Shown: one piece after another, positions 49,181 through 61,900 of the stretch
Position numbering within the stretch: position 1 is the first letter of the stretch
Layout of the letters: each line of letters begins with the position of its first letter
Assembly (NCBI GenBank): GCA_002269645.1
Contig: NIVC01001794.1
Coordinates: 62,001-126,000 of the forward strand
Direction of reading: 5' to 3'
Length of the DNA stretch: 64,000 bases
Source of the DNA: Macrostomum lignano
Lineage: Eukaryota
Position numbers and translations under genes: made by a program
Notes under the pieces: generated by a model
What the model was told of the DNA's origin: nothing
The model's input: the letters and a program-made list of their open reading frames with translations, nothing else
Database searches by the model: none

Positions 49181-49487
49181 CTAACCGGAAATCAGGTGCT
49201 CATCGTCCTCATCTGACAGGCCGCCCACCTGCTGGTAGCGTCCGTTGCTGCTGTCGCCGCCTCCGCCGCCGCTGCGGCACACGAAGTCGCAACCGTCGGC
49301 CAGACAGTCGCCGAATCTTCGCCAAACGGTGTAGTTCGGAATGGATTCGAGTCCGCGACGCTTGAATACGAATCGTTGAATTGCGGCGCCAATCAGCAGG
49401 TAGGAGATGAACAGGCTGAGCAAAACAATCAGCGCGATAGCCGAGGCAGGCAGGCCGCCCTGCGGCTGCTCCAGGCTGCACAGGCGT
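49181..49487 (-). CDS. M6PR: Cation-dependent mannose-6-phosphate receptor, last exon (TM + cytoplasmic tail)
   Basis: LCSLEQPQGGLPASAIALIVLLSLFISYLLIGAAIQRFVFKRRGLESIPNYTVWRRFGDCLADGCDFVCRS...DEDDEHLISG* matches the CD-MPR hallmark (FW..LG.LVADGCDFVCRS). Acceptor TTTCCAG at 49488, phase 2. Confidence 0.9.
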
Positions 49488-49509
49488 CTGGAAATCAATT
49501 GCGGCTTGG

Positions 49510-50160
49510 GATGCTGATGGACACAGTGGGGATATTGGGGGCTGCTGATGGACACAGGGGGATATTGGGGGTTACTGATGGACACAGGGGGATTTTGGGG
49601 GTTACTGATGGACACAGGGGGATATTGGGGGTTACTGATGGACACAGGGGGATATTGGGGGTTACTGATGGACACAGGGGGATTTTGGGGTTACTGATGG
49701 ACACAGGGGGATATTGGGGGTTACTGATGGACACAGGGGGATTTTGGGGGTTACTGATGGACACAGGGGGATATTGGGGGCTGCTGATGGACACAGTGGG
49801 ATATTGGGGCTACAGATGGACACAGGGGGATATTGGGGGCTACTGATGGACACAGGGGGATATTGGGGGTTACTGATGGACACAGGGGGATATTGGGGGC
49901 TACTGATGGACACAGGGGGATATTGGGGGCTGCTGATGGACACAGGGGGATATTGGGGGCTACTGATGGACACAGGGGGATATTGGGGGCTACGATGGAC
50001 ACAGGGGGATATTGGGGCTGCTGATGGACACAGGGGGATATTGGGGGCTACTGATGGACACAGGGGGATATTGGGGGCTACTGATGGACACAGGGGGATT
50101 TTGGGGGTTACTGATGGACACAGGGGGATATTGGGGGCTGCTGATGGACACAGGGGGATA
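49510..50160. repeat. 30-bp G-rich minisatellite ACACAGGGGGATATTGGGGGCTACTGATGG (M6PR intron, 3' side)
   Basis: About 22 tandem copies starting ~20 nt from the splice acceptor. Confidence 0.97.
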
Positions 50161-50400
50161 TCTAATCTAATCTTCTAATCTTCTAATCTAATCTAATCTA
50201 TCTTCTATCTAATCTATCTAAAGTAGCAACCCCCCCTCCACCGGCCCTGTCTGTCTGTGGGTATGTAACAGGTTATCTCCCAAAAGGCTCAACCGATTTT
50301 CTCCGTTTCTTCGCCAAAAGATGTCAAATGTGCCCGGGACGGTACATGTAATTTTATTAAGCTCTAGCTCAATGCTAAGGGGATTAAATATTCGAAAAAC
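50160..50400 (+). mobile_element. Possible Helitron/HINE(DINE-1)-like element head
   Basis: (TCTAA)n start, CTGTCTGTCTGT microsatellite and GGCTCAACCGATTTT motif, a layout typical of Helentron-associated elements. No terminus confirmed. Confidence 0.35.
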
Positions 50401-51869
50401 TGTTTTAAATGGCCTTTTTAGTGTATTTTTTTATCAGCCTGCGCGCAGCGAGAAACTTCACAGCCAATTTTAATGATTGCGCCAGAGCCAACTGATAAGA
50501 AAATTCACTTTGCCCCACTGCCCAGATAATTACTCTATTTAACTTGCGTAACCAATTAAGGGGGGGTATAATGAAAATTCTGGATGCTTCCAATATACTA
50601 AAATAAATATACTAAAAATCAAAACTTCCATTCCAATATACTAAAAATCAAAACTATGTACCTATAGGAACCTTCGTGTAACTTGGCTCTACATGGTCGG
50701 AATTTCGCGGGGTTTTCTGCATTCGATGCGTATTGATGGCGCGCTGGTACACGAAATTTTGCTAAGAAATTGCTTCATTTTTTCGGGCTTAAATATTCGA
50801 AAAACTCGATTTTTGCCCCGCATTTTTAAGTTCAAACAGTTCTTTCCAATTGAGAAGCATTCTGACTGCCGATGGAATTGTATTGCATCATAACTCAGTG
50901 CCAACTATAGCATTGGTTCTCTACACTGGCGTAGAGAGCTATAAGCGTTGAAAGGTTGCGCAACACCTTTTAGTTATTGAATTGAGGGGCGGGTATTGCC
51001 ATTCAATGAGTCCCGGGCATTGGCTTGGTTGTGAATTTCAATGCATCAACTGCAGGCCTCTCACTGTAGCTGGCGCTGAATGTACACCTTTATGAATTTG
51101 ACTGCTTTAAAGCAGGAATATCAAACCGTTGTTTGTGCTTCGAGTTTTTCACTTTCAGAAGAGAGCCTTGTATTGCTGGAAAGAGCTAGAAACGCTGAGT
51201 TCGAGAATATAATCTGTTTGCTGAGATTTGAAAAATTAAAAGCACAGCATAAAAAAGAAATTTCTATACTTTTTACTCTATATTCTCATTGTACGCTCTC
51301 TCATATCGCAAACCCCTATTTATCGCAACTCCACTATTCAAGCCAGCGCCATTAGATCTAAATTTAGATTGCGTAACCATATTGTTGACTTTAATTGTTG
51401 ACTTTATTAATTGAAACTGATATTGACTGCCTGAGAAATTGATTACGTCGTAACTGCTTCGAGTGATTTCTACTCTATGCTGGGAGTTTTCAAAGTGTTG
51501 AAATATATAAGTGCTACAATTCATGTTATCAAAACGATGAGAGCTAGCCTAGAGGTAAACAGACTGAACTGCTAATGCAGCGACGTGGGTTCGAATTTTT
51601 AGAGTGTTGAAGTTTTTTATTAAAAAAATTAATTTCAAGAAAGCTAAAGGAATCTTAAAAATGTCAAGTAAATCAGGTAAAAGAGAAGAAGCTACGAGCG
51701 TTCATGTAGTATAATCAAAAATTTTATTCAACTTTAAATTTTGAAAAGTTTTAAAAAGGACTATTCCAATAGATAAGAAATTAATTATTGTAATAGCTGA
51801 CGAAATTGTTTCACAATCTTGCTGGGGGTACTTTCTATCAGGGAATGCTTGCTATCGGAAGGACGCTTG

Positions 51870-53610
51870 CTTTTGGGAATGCTTGCTCGGGGGAGATTGC
51901 TAACTGGGGGAATCACTGAGATGTCAAGGCTTAGTGGGGAAATTCCTGAGATGTCAAGTCTTAGAGGGGGGAGGGAATTGCTGAGATGTCAAGGCTTAGA
52001 GGGGGAGGGAATTGCTGAGATGTCAAGGCTTAGAGGGGGGAGGGAATTGCTGAGATGGCAAGGCTTAACAGGGACTTGCTGAGATGCCAAGGCTTGGTGG
52101 GGAAATTCCTGAGATGTCAAGTCTTGGTGGGGAAATTCCTGAGATGTCAAGTCTTGGGGGGGGAGAATTGCTGAGATGCCAAGGCTAAAGAGGGACTTGC
52201 TGAGATGCCAAGGCTTAAGAGGGACTTGCTGAGATGTCAAGGCTTAAGAGGGACTTGCTGAGATGCCAAGGCTTAAGAGGGACTTGCTGAGATGCCAAGG
52301 CTTAAGAGGGACTTGCTGAGATGCCAAGGCTTAAGAGGGACTTGCTGAGATGCCAAGGCTTGGTGGGGAAATTCCTGAGATGTCAAGTCTTAGGGGGGGA
52401 ATTGCTGAGATGTCAAATGCTTAGAGGGACTTGCCGAGATGTCAAGACGTAAGACGGAATTGCTGAGATTTCAAGGCTTGGGGGGAATTACTGAGATGCC
52501 AAGGCTTGAGGGCGAATTGCTGAGATGTGAAGGCTTGGGGGAATTTCCGAGATGTCAATGCTTGGTGGGGAAATTCCTGAGATGTCAAGTCTTAGAAGGG
52601 GGAAATCTGTGAGATATCAAGTCTCAGGGGGGAATTGCTGAGATGTGAAGGCTTGGGGGAATTTCTGAGATGTCAAAATCTTAGGGAAGGGAATTGCAGA
52701 GATTTCAAGTCCTGAGGGCGAATTGCTGAGATGTCATGTCTTTGGGGGGAATTCTATGGATTGGGGATTCTTTGAATGAGGGAGGGTGCTTCTAATATAT
52801 ATCTTTGGATAGTGATTCATTGGGGAATTCCTTCGTTGGGGGATTACTAAATCGATGAAAGGTTCTTTGAATGGGGGATTCTTTAGCTGAAGGCTTCTTT
52901 CTATAGAGTGATCCTTTGGATATGAGATTATTTGGGGGGGATTCTTTATGAGGGGATTCTTTGGATGGGGAGTATTTCGACGGTGGTTCTTTAGATGAGG
53001 GGATTCTTTGGCCAATGATTCTTTTGATGGGGGATTATTTGAATGGGAGATTCTTAAGAGGGGGATTCTTTGGATAGGGGTGGATGGGGGATTCTTTGAA
53101 TAGGGATGGATGGGGGTTCTTTGGATAGGGATGGATCTGGGGTTCTTTGGATAGGGATGGATGGGGGTTCTTTGGATGAGGGATTCTTTGAACGGAGATT
53201 CTGTGGAGGTCAAGTCTTAGGGGGGGGATTGCTGAGATGTCAACGCTTTTGACTAGGAGAAATTGCTAAGATGTCAAGATTTACTAGGGGGAATTACTGA
53301 GATATAAAGACTTACTGGGTGAATTACTGAGATGTCATTGCTTAATGGGAAATTCCTTAGATGTCAAGTCTTACAGAGGGGAATTGCTGAGATGGCAAGA
53401 CTTACTTCGGAAATTACTGAGATATAAAGGCTTACTGGGGGAATTTCTGAGATGTCAAGGCGTGGGGGAATTTCTGAGATGTCAAGACTTGAGACGGGGA
53501 GAAATTGCTAAGATGTCAAGTCTTAGGGGGGGGGTAATTACTGAGATGTCAAGGCTTAAGGGTAATTTTTGAGATGTCAAGTCTTGGGGAGGGGAATTAC
53601 TGAGATTTCA
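51870..53610. repeat. Degenerate ~30-33-bp satellite GGGAATTGCTGAGATGTCAAGGCTTAGAGG
   Basis: Blocks at ~51870-52740 and ~53210-53610, including near-perfect 29-bp runs at 52190-52340. Confidence 0.9.
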
Positions 53611-54530
53611 AGGCTTGGTAAGAATGATTCATTGGGAACTTCTTTCGATGGGGGATTCTTTCGATGAAGGGTTCTTCCGATAAAGGGATCTTTTGGATTG
53701 GATTGGATTTGGATTGTTTGGACGGAGATTATTTGCATGAGGGGATTCTTTAGATGGGGGTTATTTGGATGGGTGTTCTGTAGATGAGGGGATTCTTTGG
53801 CCAAGGATTCTATTTGGATGGGAGATTCTTTGGATTCTTTGGATGGGGGGTTCTTTGGATTCTTTGGATGGGGTTTATGTTAATGGGGATTATTTGGATG
53901 TGGATTCTTTAGAGGGGGGTTTTCTGGAGGGGGATTCTTTGGATTCTTTGGATTGGGATTATTTGGACGGGGGTTCTTTAGATGAGGGGATTATTTTGTC
54001 AATGATTTTTTAGATAAGGGATGATTTGGATTTCAGAATCTTTGGATTATTTAGATGGGGATTTTGTGGATGGGGATTATTTGGATGTCGATTATTTAGA
54101 TGGGGATTCTTTGGATAGGGATGGATTTGAGATTCTTTGGATGGGGATTCTGTGTATGGCGGATTCCTTGGATAGGAAATTCATTGGATGGGGATTCTTC
54201 GAATCAGGATTCTATCAATGGGGGGCTCTTTGAATGGAGGATTCTTTGGATATAGGATTCTTTGCATGTGAGATTCTATGGATGGGCGATTCATTGGATG
54301 GGGAATTCTTCAGATAGGAGGATTCCTTTAGTGGGGAATTGTGTGGATTGTGTGGAGTGGGGAATTGAGTGGATTCTATCGATGGAGGTTCTTTAGATGG
54401 CGGATTCTTTGGATAGTGAATTCTTTGCATGTGAGATTCTTTGCATCAGAGATTTTATAGATGGGGGATTTTTTGGATGAGGGATTCTTTGGATGTGGGA
54501 TTCAGTGGGGTGAAATTTTATTGCGTGGAA
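52740..54530. repeat. G/T-rich degenerate low-complexity repeat (GGGGATTCTTTGGAT-like)
   Basis: Blocks at ~52740-53200 and ~53620-54530, interleaved with the previous satellite. Confidence 0.85.
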
Positions 54531-54587
54531 AAACTGTGATTGGAGTTTGGACGGAAAGCCCCAACGGGGGTTGGAATTGGCTAGTTG

Positions 54588-55760
54588 GGGGCTACTGATG
54601 GACACAGGGGGATATTGGGGGCTACGATGGACACAGGGGGATATTGGGGGCTGCTGATGGACACAGGGGGATATTGGGGGCTACTGATGGACACAGGGGG
54701 ATATTGGGGGCTACTGATGGACACAGGGGAATATTGGGGGCTGCTGATGGACACAGGGGGATATTGGGGGCTACTGATGGACACAGGGGGATATTGGGGG
54801 CTACTGATGGACACAGGGGGATATTGGGGGTTACTGATGGACACAGGGGGATATTGGGGGCTACTGATGGACACAGGGGGATATTGGGGGCTGCTGATGG
54901 ACACAGGGGGATATTGGGGGCTACTGATGGACACAGGGGGATATTGGGGGCTACGATGGACACAGGGGGATATTGGGGGCTGCTGATGGACACAGGGGGA
55001 TATTGGGGGCTACTGATGGACACAGGGGGATATTGGGGGCTACTGATGGACACAGGGGGATATTGGGGGCTGCTGATGGACACAGGGGGATATTGGGGGC
55101 TACTGATGGACACAGGGGGATATTGGGGGCTACAGATGGACACAGGATATTGGGGGCTAGTGATGGACACAGGATATTGGGTGCTAGTGATGGACACAGG
55201 ATATTGGGTGCTACTGATGGACACAGGATATTGGGTGCTAGTGATGGACACAGGATATTGGGTGCTACTGATGGACACAGGATATTGGGTGCTAGTGATG
55301 GACACAGGATATTGGGTGCTACTGATGGACACAGGATATTGGGTGCTAGTGATGGACACAGGATATTGGGTGCTACTGGACACAGGATATTGGGTGCTAG
55401 TGATGGACACAGGGGGATATTGGGGGCTGCTGATGGACACAGGGGGGTATTGGGGGCTACTGATGGACACAGGGGGATTTTGGGGGTTACTGATGGACAC
55501 AGGGGGGTATTGGGGGCTACTGATGGACACAGGGGGATTTTGGGGGCTACTGATGGACACAGTGGGGATATTGGGGGTTACTGATGGACACAGGGGGATA
55601 TTGGGGGCTGCTGATGGACACAGGGGGATATTGGGGGCTACTGATGGACACAGGGGATATTGGGTGCTACTGATAGACACAGGATATTGGGGGCTACTGA
55701 TGGACACAGGGGGATATTGGGTGCTACTGATGGACACAGGGGGATACTGGGTGCTACTGA
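54588..55760. repeat. Same 30-bp minisatellite as 49510-50160 (M6PR intron, 5' side), with 27- and 24-bp variants
   Basis: About 40 copies in the same orientation, ending ~60 nt from the splice donor. Confidence 0.97.
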
Positions 55761-55822
55761 TGGACACAGTGGTGGATGCCAGGAAGCAGTACAAAGAATT
55801 GAGCAATTCCCCCGCTCCGCAC

Positions 55823-56173
55823 CTGTGCAGCAGCTCGAACAGCGAGTAGCAGCCAGACCCGTTGCCCATGGCAACCCGGCCGATATAACGGAAACTACCA
55901 CTGCGCTCGGTGGCATCGCAGATGAGCATCGTGTGAGCTGACCAGCCCACTGTGCTGCTGCAGTTGCCATCGGCCAAGTCCTCGGCACTGGCCTTGCCGC
56001 CCATGTACACCAGCTCCACCCAGCCGCGACCGGCAGTGGCATAGAACTGGCCCCAGCGACCGAGCACTCGATTGCCGGCAGCTTTGTCCAGCTGGACCAG
56101 GCCAGCCCCAGCCAGACTCGAGTCCGCGTCCGAGCACAAGCCGAATGCAAACTGGCCAGATGAGTCCTTCACC
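55823..56173 (-). CDS. M6PR: Cation-dependent mannose-6-phosphate receptor, luminal MRH-domain exon
   Basis: FAFGLCSDADSSLAGAGLVQLDKAAG...WVELVYMGG...TMLICD...CYSLFELLHR resembles CD-MPR (GAGLVQINK, WIMLIYKGG, CFYLFEM). Acceptor CTCAG at 56174; donor AG/GTGCGG in phase 2 matches the last exon. Confidence 0.88.
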
Positions 56174-57384
56174 CTGAGCAGTGATAGGCCAGTGAGATTA
56201 TCAAGTTAAGAATTGAGTTCATTGGATTGAAATCACCAAAAGCCTGTCTGCCCCCTGGTTCTCTGTCTGTGACCCCCTACTAATTTGTACTAATATTTGA
56301 TTTTGGAGCTCCTCAAAAACTTTGCTTGAGTTGAGTTAATTTTGTTGCTTAATTATGATTTTTAAGTTAAAATACATTTAGACATTAAAAAAATTCTGTA
56401 TGTGATTCATAAATACCATATTAATTTATACTTGATACTTACTTTAGTCCAATAAGATCCTTGAGGATTCCTTTTTCCAAGTTATTGAAGTATTGCTCAC
56501 ATGACAATGAACATACAATGTGGGCCATACTACTTAAAAATGCTATTGATATGAGTAGCTTCATTTGTATTTGAAAATAAAGTAATTCAAAGCTGAAATA
56601 CAAGGTTTTGAACAAATGCTATTTGTGTAAAATATAAACTTTTAGCAATAAGAAAAGACATTATAGATTGAACCATTAAGAATATAAATAATTACCTAAT
56701 ATTACTACTTGAAGTTGTAAAATACACTACAGCAAAGAATTAATAAAATATAAACATTGCTTATACTATAAAATAAATATATACCATAGCTAAACAAATG
56801 AGTGTAAATTATAAAATGATAATTCATCTTTCTATTCCAATAGGTTTATTTTACTTATAAATAATACAATTATTAAAATATTAGATCCTACATTTAGCCA
56901 AAAAATTAAAATTTTATTATATAATTTTATTAGCCTTAAAATTAATGTTTATATAGAGAGCCTTGAATATTGATGTTTTATTATACTTGGTTTTATTTCA
57001 AATAATTAATAAATAATAAAATAGTCAAAGACCACTGAAGTCACTTAAGCGCAGCCCTTGAAATGAGTGCAGTACAGTTGCGCAATGTTTGAATTAGTTG
57101 AAAATTTGAGCATTTTCAGCTAGACTTTTGGCTACTCCAACACAGAATTGAATGGCCTGGTTATGTCATATTGCCACACAAACTTATATAATAGCAGCAG
57201 TTTGGGTGCCCTTGGATTAGAAGAAATTATGTGCAATGTGCCCTCCCATCAATAGCCCCCCCCACTCTGAAATATGTTCCGACACTACTGGCTTGAGCTA
57301 CAGTACATTTACATGTAGTCTAGGGGAGTCCTGCAGTCCAAGGCCAGCTTAATGTATAGCTGACTGCTAGAAGACAGCGTTGTT

Positions 57385-57490
57385 CCAGGCAAGGCGGTGA
57401 TCGAGACTGTCCTGCTGTACACTGTCAAGACCTAGACGCTAATGAAGTCACTCGAGCAACAAGTTGATGCGGTGCGTGTACACTGGCCTA
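57385..57490 (+). mobile_element. Degenerate LINE (RTE-like) reverse-transcriptase 3' fragment
   Basis: Reads KAVIETVLLYTVKT*TLMKSLEQQVD, resembling the RTE-clade motif VESVLLYGxETWTLTKxLExxLD, with the Trp codon mutated to TAG. Confidence 0.55.
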
Positions 57491-58260
57491 CTGTACGCTG
57501 CTTTCAAGTTAAGTTTGCCTACGCGAGTAACCAACGCGGCTTTTGTATCACCACGCCGACCTGTTCCATCCAAGTGACCTGCTGCGAAGTCATAGATGAC
57601 CACATTCATGTATGTAATGGCTTGATTTGGAATGCTTTCTATATGTATGTTTTGCAAATAGAGGACCTGGCCACTTAAAGCATTATTTTTGGTCCGGGTA
57701 CTCCTCAACTACATGTACTACTTCTTAATTAACTTTTGCATTCAAAATTTAACATATACAAATGTGTAACATAGGATGTCAACCCCGTCATGCTGCACAA
57801 ATTTCAAACATGAGCACATTATATTTTGTTAGTATATGTACAAGCATATAATAGAGATGCATCGATCAAAAGCTGGCAAATATTGGAGAAGGGTATAAAT
57901 ATTAATTAGCCTGTCAACTTAGTCATTTCAGGGTTCAGTTTTATCTTTTTGCGGCTGCTGGGGGTAGTTTATTAGCAGTTGACGAAGTGACCAATGCTGG
58001 AACACTTCTTGTTGGCCAGTTGATGAAGTGACCGAGGTTTGAGATCCCTTCATTGGCTAGTTGACGAAATGACCAGTGATAAAACAGAGTTGATGAAATG
58101 GCCAATTGACAAAATTCCAGTTGACGAAATGACTAGGGCCTAGGACCTTTGAAAACCAACTAAAAAAAGAAAATGGCAAAATAATGGTAGGCCAAAACTA
58201 AAATGTTGTCCTCTTTTGCTATAGCCTATACAGTATACTATAAATTAAATGTCTATTTTT

Positions 58261-58945
58261 TAGAGCTGTCAAAATTAGAGATTTTATTCGAGACGAGATT
58301 CGAGACGAGAAAGGCTTATAAGTCGAGAATTTCGAGACGAGACAAGACAAAGTAAATCTAAAAAATATATTTCAGAATTGCATCTTGTCTTGCTTTTATC
58401 TTGCCTTATCTTGTCTTAAATTTCTTGATAAAATACAATTCTAAAAAAATATTTTTTAGATTTTCTAGAATACTTTCTTAATTCTAGTTTTAATTCTTTG
58501 CTATTTATTCATAAGAATTTATGCTTGTAGCATATAGGCCCTTGGCCCTACTATGTCTATTACTAATTTGTCAAAAGACCTGTGCAGATTATCTTCAAGT
58601 CTGCTATGATACACCTTGCTGCAGAACTGAAATGATAACTAAAAGAGCACATATGCAATGCAAACTCGTATATAACAACGTTCGTTAAATAACTGCTCAA
58701 CATTGGCTAGATTTTACCATTTGAAAATTGCCCTATCAAGCATGTTACAACAAACAGTTGTATTTATATGAAAATTTGCTCCCCTTTTTATATTTTATCA
58801 CTTAAAAGCTTTTGAAAAAAGGTATCGGAAAAATTCTTGAATCTCGTCTCGAATTTCTTGACAAAATTCGAGATTTCTCGAGACGAGAAAAAATGTCGAG
58901 ATCTTGTCTCAAATCTTGTCTCGTCGAGATCTCGTGACAGCTCTA
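58261..58945. mobile_element. Non-autonomous hAT-type MITE
   Basis: Perfect TIR TAGAGCTGTCA...TGACAGCTCTA, exact 8-bp TSD CTATTTTT (58253-58260 and 58946-58953), subterminal GAGACGAGA motif clusters at both ends in inverted orientation. Confidence 0.9.
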
Positions 58946-61900
58946 CTATTTTTTAACTTATAGGTCTACTTTATAGGTACTTTATAGGTCTACAACTAAA
59001 TTTTATTTTGACCAAAAAATAATCACAAAAAATTTGCAAAATAGGCCTAGCCTATGAAAATTTAAACTGGTTATTTATATCAAATATTAGGGTCTTACAA
59101 TAGTCAATAGAATAATAGATTTGAATATTTTTTTAAAATTCATTTTAGCCTAGGTCTTTTGTCCCTTAGGATATATTAGATAAAGAACTACATTTTCTAT
59201 AAAAATTTTATCAATTTGATTTAATTCCAAATATTCCAAATAAATAGGCCTATGTCCTATCTCTAGATAATAGAACAGCCATGTCTATGCCCAATGCATA
59301 AAAAGATATGTGGTCATTCTATCATTTGGCCATTTGCATTTAATCACAAAAACCCAATGCATCTCAGATTGGTCAAAATTTAAACAAACATTTGTCTTGA
59401 TGGATAAAAACTAGTCAAGATACAAGAAATTCAAGAATAACTAGGAAAATTGAAATTTGCCTCCAAATCATGCCAATGCCAATGGTCAATGCTTTGGGTC
59501 TAAAAACAAAAAAGATGTCCTCCATTGTTTTTACGTTTCGTCTCATAACAGCTCGATCAGTGCAAGGGACATCAGCATGCAGTGCTGAAGAAGATTAGGA
59601 GACGTACTGTCTGTACATACGTCTGTAACATAGGTGGGTCGTTCTCAAAGCTAGGTCACAACTTTTTGTTATTGCAAAAAAAGTTTATACATCGACCAAT
59701 AATCGTACAAAAAAAATTATTTCGACAATTTCTGTAAGAAGCTGCTACTAAAACCACAAGAAAACTTGAAATTGAGAAGAAATCAAGGCTATTTGTTATT
59801 CTTTGTTGCGGAAAATAAACGACAAAAATATTAAAGAGAAAATAAAATTTTCTTCTATTTTTATTTTAAATATGCAGTTAAATTTCTTTTGCAAAAATAA
59901 AAGAACAAGAAATTGACAAAGGAAATGTTTTTGAGCACAGCATTTTGTTACTCTGCTCTAAATCCCAGACATTTAAAATTATCGTGTGCGAAAAAGTGCG
60001 AAATTATTATAGCATGCACTCGAAAGGACTTCGATCAGTTTAACTAATCACTGAATTAAGAAGTCTAAATAAGTCTTGAAAAGTTGAATTAAAAATCAAG
60101 TTTTCACTATGTATCTTTTCAAAGTCAAGATGATTCGACAAATAAAGAATGTTCATTTTTACGGTGAATAGAATTGTTCATTTTTACATTAAATATAATA
60201 AAATCTAACTAATAATAGAAAAAGTCAGGGAACTATCCTTGAACACCAAAAAGCACATTGTGGATTTAATATCAACTGCATGTTCCTTAATAAAGGAATT
60301 CGGATTCTAGTATATATTTGATTATTTGTAGCATAATTTCTGAAAACTATAACTTGCTTGATTTTACTTTAAGTACTTATTACATTAATACTTATACCAA
60401 AGCTGCATGTACTTAAAATAAAAAATTATAGTTACTTATTAGACATTTTACTCCAATTAACTTAAAATAATTCAAATTTATTTTAATCAATTCATTTTTT
60501 GAAACTTTTTGGAAAATAGACAAAATTGAATTATTTAATTACCAAAAACCTACTAGCTTAACTAAAATAGCAGTTAGTCTTTAAAAAAAGATTTCACTTG
60601 TTAATTGAGAAAAATGAGGGTGTGCGAGGTGTAAAAATGCGAAAGAGCATGCAGGAAACAGAGACAAACAAAAATGTAGGTAAAAGACACTGCACATGCA
60701 CATAATATGATAACCAGACATAATGCGCACACTGAAACACCAGTAGCAATGACGCCCAAGCTTTTGATGATCACAAGCGAAAAGGCAAAACCCAGCCATC
60801 AATCAAAGAAGTAGACTATAGCACGCATCTTGAGTGCATCACGCATTTTTTGCAGAGAAGCTCGAAAATTAACATTGTATTCTGTGCACAACCACCAACT
60901 GCGACAGGGTCTGCCGGGGGATTTGTGGGCACGCGGTCGCGGATACAAATCGGAGGAGTCGCTGACCATTCTGAAATTACTAGCTAGTACATGTAATTTT
61001 GTGTATTAATATATTTAGCCCGCTTTATTTCTATGCTCTCGTCCGCCTCTCGTTAATGCATCCCCAGACTCATGGAATAATCAAACTTATGATCGAACTA
61101 TGCATGGCTTCCGTCCCTCGCTTTGAATCTCTCACCTCCCCATAGTTCCATCAACCTTACCGTAGTGGCTTCCTATGCAAAAATCATCCCTCCGCATCTT
61201 ACACAGGCTACTTCAGGCTGTAGACTGTACTACACTATTAATTAGTTGCGCTAAGGAATCTACATGTATTTTGCTCGCAGCGCAACGCGCTGCTCAAAGA
61301 AGTTTAGATCTATCTAGATATTCTAGTAATTTCAGGTTTGTCCATAGACTAGAGCTCATGAGATGAGAATTCCATTAACTAGTACATTTAATATGAATGA
61401 ACTGCGTGTGTGTGTGCTGTGCATACATATGTATAATATACGAGTAGTTTATGGGCCAAATTATTGTGTGGCACAATTCTTGGCATCACTCAGCAGGCAC
61501 AAGATGCAGTTAAGCAGCGCACGAAAATTCTACAAAAGAAATTGAGCCTGGTTGAGGTGATGCGAGGAGGCAGATCCACACAATCTCAGTGAATACACCA
61601 GACTGCACCAGATACGAGTCCAGTCGAATGTGCGCACTGGTCTAAGCAGCACACGCATGTCCTTCTGACAATGACGGCACCTAGCTTCGTCCAAGCCTTT
61701 GCCAGCGTCACTGACAGCGTCAATACTACCATGCAGTGCCACCTGCAGCACCGACAACGGCAATTCCTCCAGTTAGCCCACAACAGTGGCTAAACTGAGG
61801 GACATGGAACCTACCCGCAGAAGACACACACATACACACACAGCACCGGCAGCAGCACTCTGACAGCATAACCTAAAGCTCCATGAGCTCAGTTTTCAAG

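Noticed and set aside
54622-55822. 516-aa ORF fusing the M6PR luminal domain to [10 protein letters not shown] repeats (mucin-stalk isoform)
   Set aside because: Two of three minus-strand frames of the 30-mer are stop-free and the ORF flips between them; a phase-matched donor at 55822 explains the gene without it.
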